DNA of 63,585 nucleotides, the filler included, from Sanchytrium tribonematis (taxonomy: Eukaryota): assembly GCA_018985235.1 (NCBI GenBank). It is 6 parts of 6 records of this genome, joined end to end, with 100 filler letters (N's around TTAATTAATTAA, not from the genome) between each part and the next. Parts side by side here need not be neighbours in the genome. Positions count along the whole stretch, not along the records: positions 53,102 to 63,585 come from JADGIG010000296.1; 5 more parts are not named here. The stretch is one strand, 5' to 3'. The notes below the pieces were generated by a model. It searched no databases and was not told where the DNA came from. It saw only the letters and a program-made list of their open reading frames with translations. The translations under genes were made by a program, and so were the position numbers. Position 1 is the first letter of the stretch. Every line of letters begins with the position of its first letter. Shown here piece by piece: positions 59,945 to 63,585 of this stretch.

Positions 59945-61834
59945 ATGCAAAAACCATACCATTATGGAATGTGGGCGCCACCGAGTATAGAAGAACTTAC
60001 ATTAAATCCTCCTAGGATTCAAAAGTCTACGGTTTGCGGTTCCAAAATCCAAATTCTCCTCTCCTCGCCATTTTACCAAGCCGGGGATGTACTTCACGGG
60101 AGACTATTACTAGATCTTGCTCCTCATACTTTTATTGGAAACATATGTATTGGATTAAAAGGACAAGAGCAAATTATTTGCCCGCTGTTGAAAACAACGG
60201 ACCCGTTTTTACACTCTTTTTCCACCATTCAAGATGCCCTTGCAACGCCAATTAATAATATTAGCGGTAAAAGACATTATACATATACAGGATATCGTAA
60301 AGCCCAGCCAGGTAAGATTGTCATTCCGTTTAGTTTCTCATTGCCTTTGGATTTACCAAGTTCAAATTTATATAAAAAAGTATGCTCCGTGAACTACGAA
60401 ATAGTCGCAATTTGTGAAATACTTAGATTCACTGATCCAAAATTGTTAATCAAGAGCATTGGTGTCAAGATTGTTGAACGATGGGATGATTTTGGCAATC
60501 CATTTTTCTCTAAACCTGTCGGTGGTTCTTTCTCAAAGCAAATCGTGCTTACACCAGGTATAGTACACCTACATGCTGAAATTGAAAATAGAGGAATGAA
60601 TTCATTCTCCAAAAATTATGTCAAAATTTCAGTTAGAAATTCAACTACTAAAAAAATTTGCGGAATCAAATTACAATTGTTAAAAAAATGTACTATTCCT
60701 TATCTACCGGGTTATGTTTTACCTCAAGACGAATTCCAGAGTGACACCTTTGATACTACAAGTCCTGAAGAATTGATTAAGACGCGAGTAATGTGGAGCA
60801 AAAAATTTAGTGGACAAAATTGCTCTTTTGATCCTGGTGAATTCAGAACAGAAGTTCTGGAGTTCTATTGCCCAGAGGAATGCTATACCGGGCGCCTAAC
60901 TTCATTATTTTACATTTCGACAGTATTGAGGATCAAATTAATTGTCGGAGTTCTAACAAAACCTTTGGATATAGAGCTTCCCATTATTGTTAGACCATTT
61001 GGAGCGGCCTTTAAACCACCAGGAATTGCATTCGAGGAGCAAATTCATCCTCTCCATTACAACCATCTATATTTGTCAGTTAAAGGAAAACAAAAAAGAA
61101 ATTGGCTTACAAACTTTATTGGAGAAAATCCTTCGTCACTAGAATCGTCGGAGGCTGGTGATGATGCAGGGCAGAGTTTGGATATGATCGACTTTGATGC
61201 AGCCAGAGCTAGTCAATTACCTTGGGGAAATGATCTTGGTGAAGACAGTATAAAAAGTCGACATATCACACCTCAATATAGACTCATGAAAAAGCTAGAA
61301 GCCAAATTTAGGAAGCTTAAAACAGTGGCATCAAGAGAAGAAATTGTCCAAAAACCATTTATTGTATTCCAAAATACGAAGAAGGAAAACGTTTATTATG
61401 GATTTCAACGAAGTGATTTAAAATTGTGGGAATACCGCCTTACTAGCAACCTACCACCTCTTAAATTAAAGCGAAAAATACTTAAAGGCTCATCTCCTGC
61501 TATTATAAACCCACGAGTCTATTTTAATAGCGAAGAGCGCTGTAAAAGGTCATTTTTTGCTTGGTATTTTGGTGTCTGTCCAATATTTGATGACAGCAAC
61601 AAGAAAGACGAAGAAGAAAGTGCCATAACAACGGCACAGGAATATTATGGTGCAGGATGGTGGTGCAGTTTAAATGACAATAAGGCTGAAAATGTATACC
61701 CCGTAATTCCATCAATCGTTGAACCAGAGCAGTCGCTTAAAACTAAAAGTTCTTGGGGAGACTGGCTTCATGAATCTTATGAAAGCAGAGCAATTAAAAG
61801 AGAAACGATACCCAAAGAATGGAAGGAGCCTTAA
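59945..61834 (+). CDS. Arrestin-domain protein
   Basis: Y.AG..L.G.L.L, L.G.E, IPFSFSLP.DLPSS, V.Y.I; arrestin N and C folds. Confidence 0.75.
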   Translation: MQKPYHYGMWAPPSIEELTLNPPRIQKSTVCGSKIQILLSSPFYQAGDVLHGRLLLDLAPHTFIGNICIGLKGQEQIICPLLKTTDPFLHSFSTIQDALATPINNISGKRHYTYTGYRKAQPGKIVIPFSFSLPLDLPSSNLYKKVCSVNYEIVAICEILRFTDPKLLIKSIGVKIVERWDDFGNPFFSKPVGGSFSKQIVLTPGIVHLHAEIENRGMNSFSKNYVKISVRNSTTKKICGIKLQLLKKCTIPYLPGYVLPQDEFQSDTFDTTSPEELIKTRVMWSKKFSGQNCSFDPGEFRTEVLEFYCPEECYTGRLTSLFYISTVLRIKLIVGVLTKPLDIELPIIVRPFGAAFKPPGIAFEEQIHPLHYNHLYLSVKGKQKRNWLTNFIGENPSSLESSEAGDDAGQSLDMIDFDAARASQLPWGNDLGEDSIKSRHITPQYRLMKKLEAKFRKLKTVASREEIVQKPFIVFQNTKKENVYYGFQRSDLKLWEYRLTSNLPPLKLKRKILKGSSPAIINPRVYFNSEERCKRSFFAWYFGVCPIFDDSNKKDEEESAITTAQEYYGAGWWCSLNDNKAENVYPVIPSIVEPEQSLKTKSSWGDWLHESYESRAIKRETIPKEWKEP

Positions 61835-62063
61835 ACTTTGTCAAAGTGTTGCCCATTCTAGCAGATTTCAAGAAGCCTTCTTCAACGATAATAAAACATT
61901 CTATCTTATTTACAAAGTTTATTCTAGGTGTTGAGTCAAATATGGAACTTTCAGAAATAGGAGATGATGAGATCAAGAAACTTACTACTGATTACATGCT
62001 GAAATATTACCAAAGACCTAGAAAATTCGAGCGTAAGGTAAAAGCTAGATTTGAGAATTATCT

Positions 62064-63351
62064 TTAGCGCTTCTCCAATAAAAGCTTTAATCTTCTATTG
62101 TCTTCTTTCAATCTTTGAATTTCGGTTATAAGTGTTTTAAACATTTCGTCCACAGCGAGATTTTGAAGCATGGATTTAATATCTTTCTACATTAAAAATA
62201 AAAGCCTTTTGTTGATGCATTTGCTTAATCATTTCTACGTGAACATTTACAATGTCAGATTTGAACTCTTCTTTCAAGTTCTGAATTGAAATAAGTACAT
62301 CTGATTCGGCAGATAAAGCTTGGGAAGGCTTTACAACATCAACATTTGCTGTAAGATTTTGTAGTCTCTCCTCCAAATTTGTCAATAAGTTTGAGGCTTT
62401 TTTCACACTTTGAAATGGGGTAACTTCTAATTCCATTGCATCATTAAGATTTTGAACGGAATCTGCAGTGACTCTTGGGGGTGTGAACAATTCAATAGGA
62501 GAATTAATTTCAAAGTCTGAGGTAATTTTTAGTTTGGAAGCAACAAAACTGACTTTTGATAAGGCAATGCTTTCAATGGTATCAAGAGATGCAGCTAACT
62601 TAATTAGACCATGGTTGTATCCTACATATAGCATACAACTCTGGTCATCAAAATAAATGCAGTTGCATTCTTTGCAATCTGTAGATGCCAAAATTTTACC
62701 TGCTGAACAATCAAATTTAACAAGATTCGAACCAGATATGAACATTATTTTCATAGCATTTGAAATGCAAAAGTCCTTCAAGTAGTCGTCTTGATAAATA
62801 GAAACAAGATTTTGTTTCAATAAATCATACATATAAACATTTGATTCAGTCATGACGTACATCTTGAATATATCAGAAGAGTTATAGCTCCATTTAATTT
62901 TTATGACACTTTCCTCAAACTCCAATTTTTGAAATTCTTTCGAAGTCCGATTCAAAATCTCAACATATAGACCACCAGAAACTGCGACCATAACATCATC
63001 AGCACTCAATTTTACCAGATTGTGTCTAATATTGTATGTATATATTTTTCCAGAAGTCTTTTGTCGCTTCAAATCGTAAACTCTCATTATCTCATCATCT
63101 GAAGAAAACACAATATAAGAATCATCTTTTGTTAAATCAAAGTCATGGACTCTTTCTTTGATTTTAAGTTGAATGCAGTCCATTATATTCAAAGAATTCC
63201 ATACATAAATTTTATAGTCGCTCAAGACCACTAAAAAGCATTCAGTTCCCCAAGACCACATCAATTTTTGTACTTTCATATCCGAAGATTTGTGTTTTAA
63301 CTTGCTTATCTCATTATAAAAAATCAGTTCATCAGAACCGACCGTAAGCAT
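62064..63351 (-). CDS. NEDD1: NEDD1/GCP-WD-like WD40 protein; exons 63351-62206 and 62186-62064
   Basis: WD40 N-terminus; after splicing DIVNVHVEMIKQMHQQK-KDIKSML...LITEIQRLKEDNRRL, the NEDD1 C-terminal gamma-tubulin-binding helix. Confidence 0.8.
62187..62205 (-). other. 19-nt GC-AG intron GCTTTTATTTTTAATGTAG
   Basis: AAG|GC donor, same TAATGTAG 3' end as the prominin intron; restores the NEDD1 terminal helix. Confidence 0.8.
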
Positions 63352-63413
63352 TTTCACTTTTTTTGACGGGGAAAATCGCCATGCAATGAATTTACTAAAA
63401 AAGTTACAATTTA

Positions 63414-63585
63414 TTAAAATCTAGAAATCTCGAATTGTATCTTTGATAAATCATTCAAAAATCTGTCTTTAGTGATTCCAATCGATTCAGTAATACTTTG
63501 CTGAGTTGCACGATCCAGGTGAAGAAATTGCTTTGCGAATTCACCATCAATAATGTTCTTGTGAGGGTTTTCATCTAATCTGGCT
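63414..63585 (-). CDS. CPSF1: CPSF160/Cft1 C-terminus, 5'-truncated
   Basis: KNIIDGEFAKQFLHL....Q..I...IGITKDRFLNDL......SRF*. Confidence 0.7.
   Translation of the reverse strand, partial: ARLDENPHKNIIDGEFAKQFLHLDRATQQSITESIGITKDRFLNDLSKIQFEISRF

Overview
Not prokaryotic. This is AT-rich, extremely compact nuclear DNA from a eukaryote using the standard code, most likely a reduced early-diverging zoosporic fungus or relative (it has Con7-like, HUWE1/Tom1 and GH130 genes plus cilium/centriole-linked prominin, CCDC148 and NEDD1; a sanchytrid-like organism is my unverified guess). The window is six unrelated ~10.5-kb contigs sorted by length and joined by artificial N-TTAATTAATTAA-N linkers, so adjacency across gaps means nothing. 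Main discovery: every split gene I could reconstruct has a single ultra-short spliceosomal intron of 19 or 20 nt (9 introns, one GC-AG). All have an invariant A at -6 and T at -8 from the 3' end, and all lie in the 3' part of the gene. PRP8 (with substitutions in normally invariant segments) and SF3B2 are also in the window. Contig 2 (10660-21189) is a mobile-element graveyard: a LINE, Ty3/gypsy gag and integrase, a Myb/SANT-like ORF, a PIF1 fragment, two F-box/nucleotidyltransferase-like paralogs and an unannotated bacterial/phage-type SSB pseudogene. All protein identifications are by motif recognition from memory; no database searches were run.
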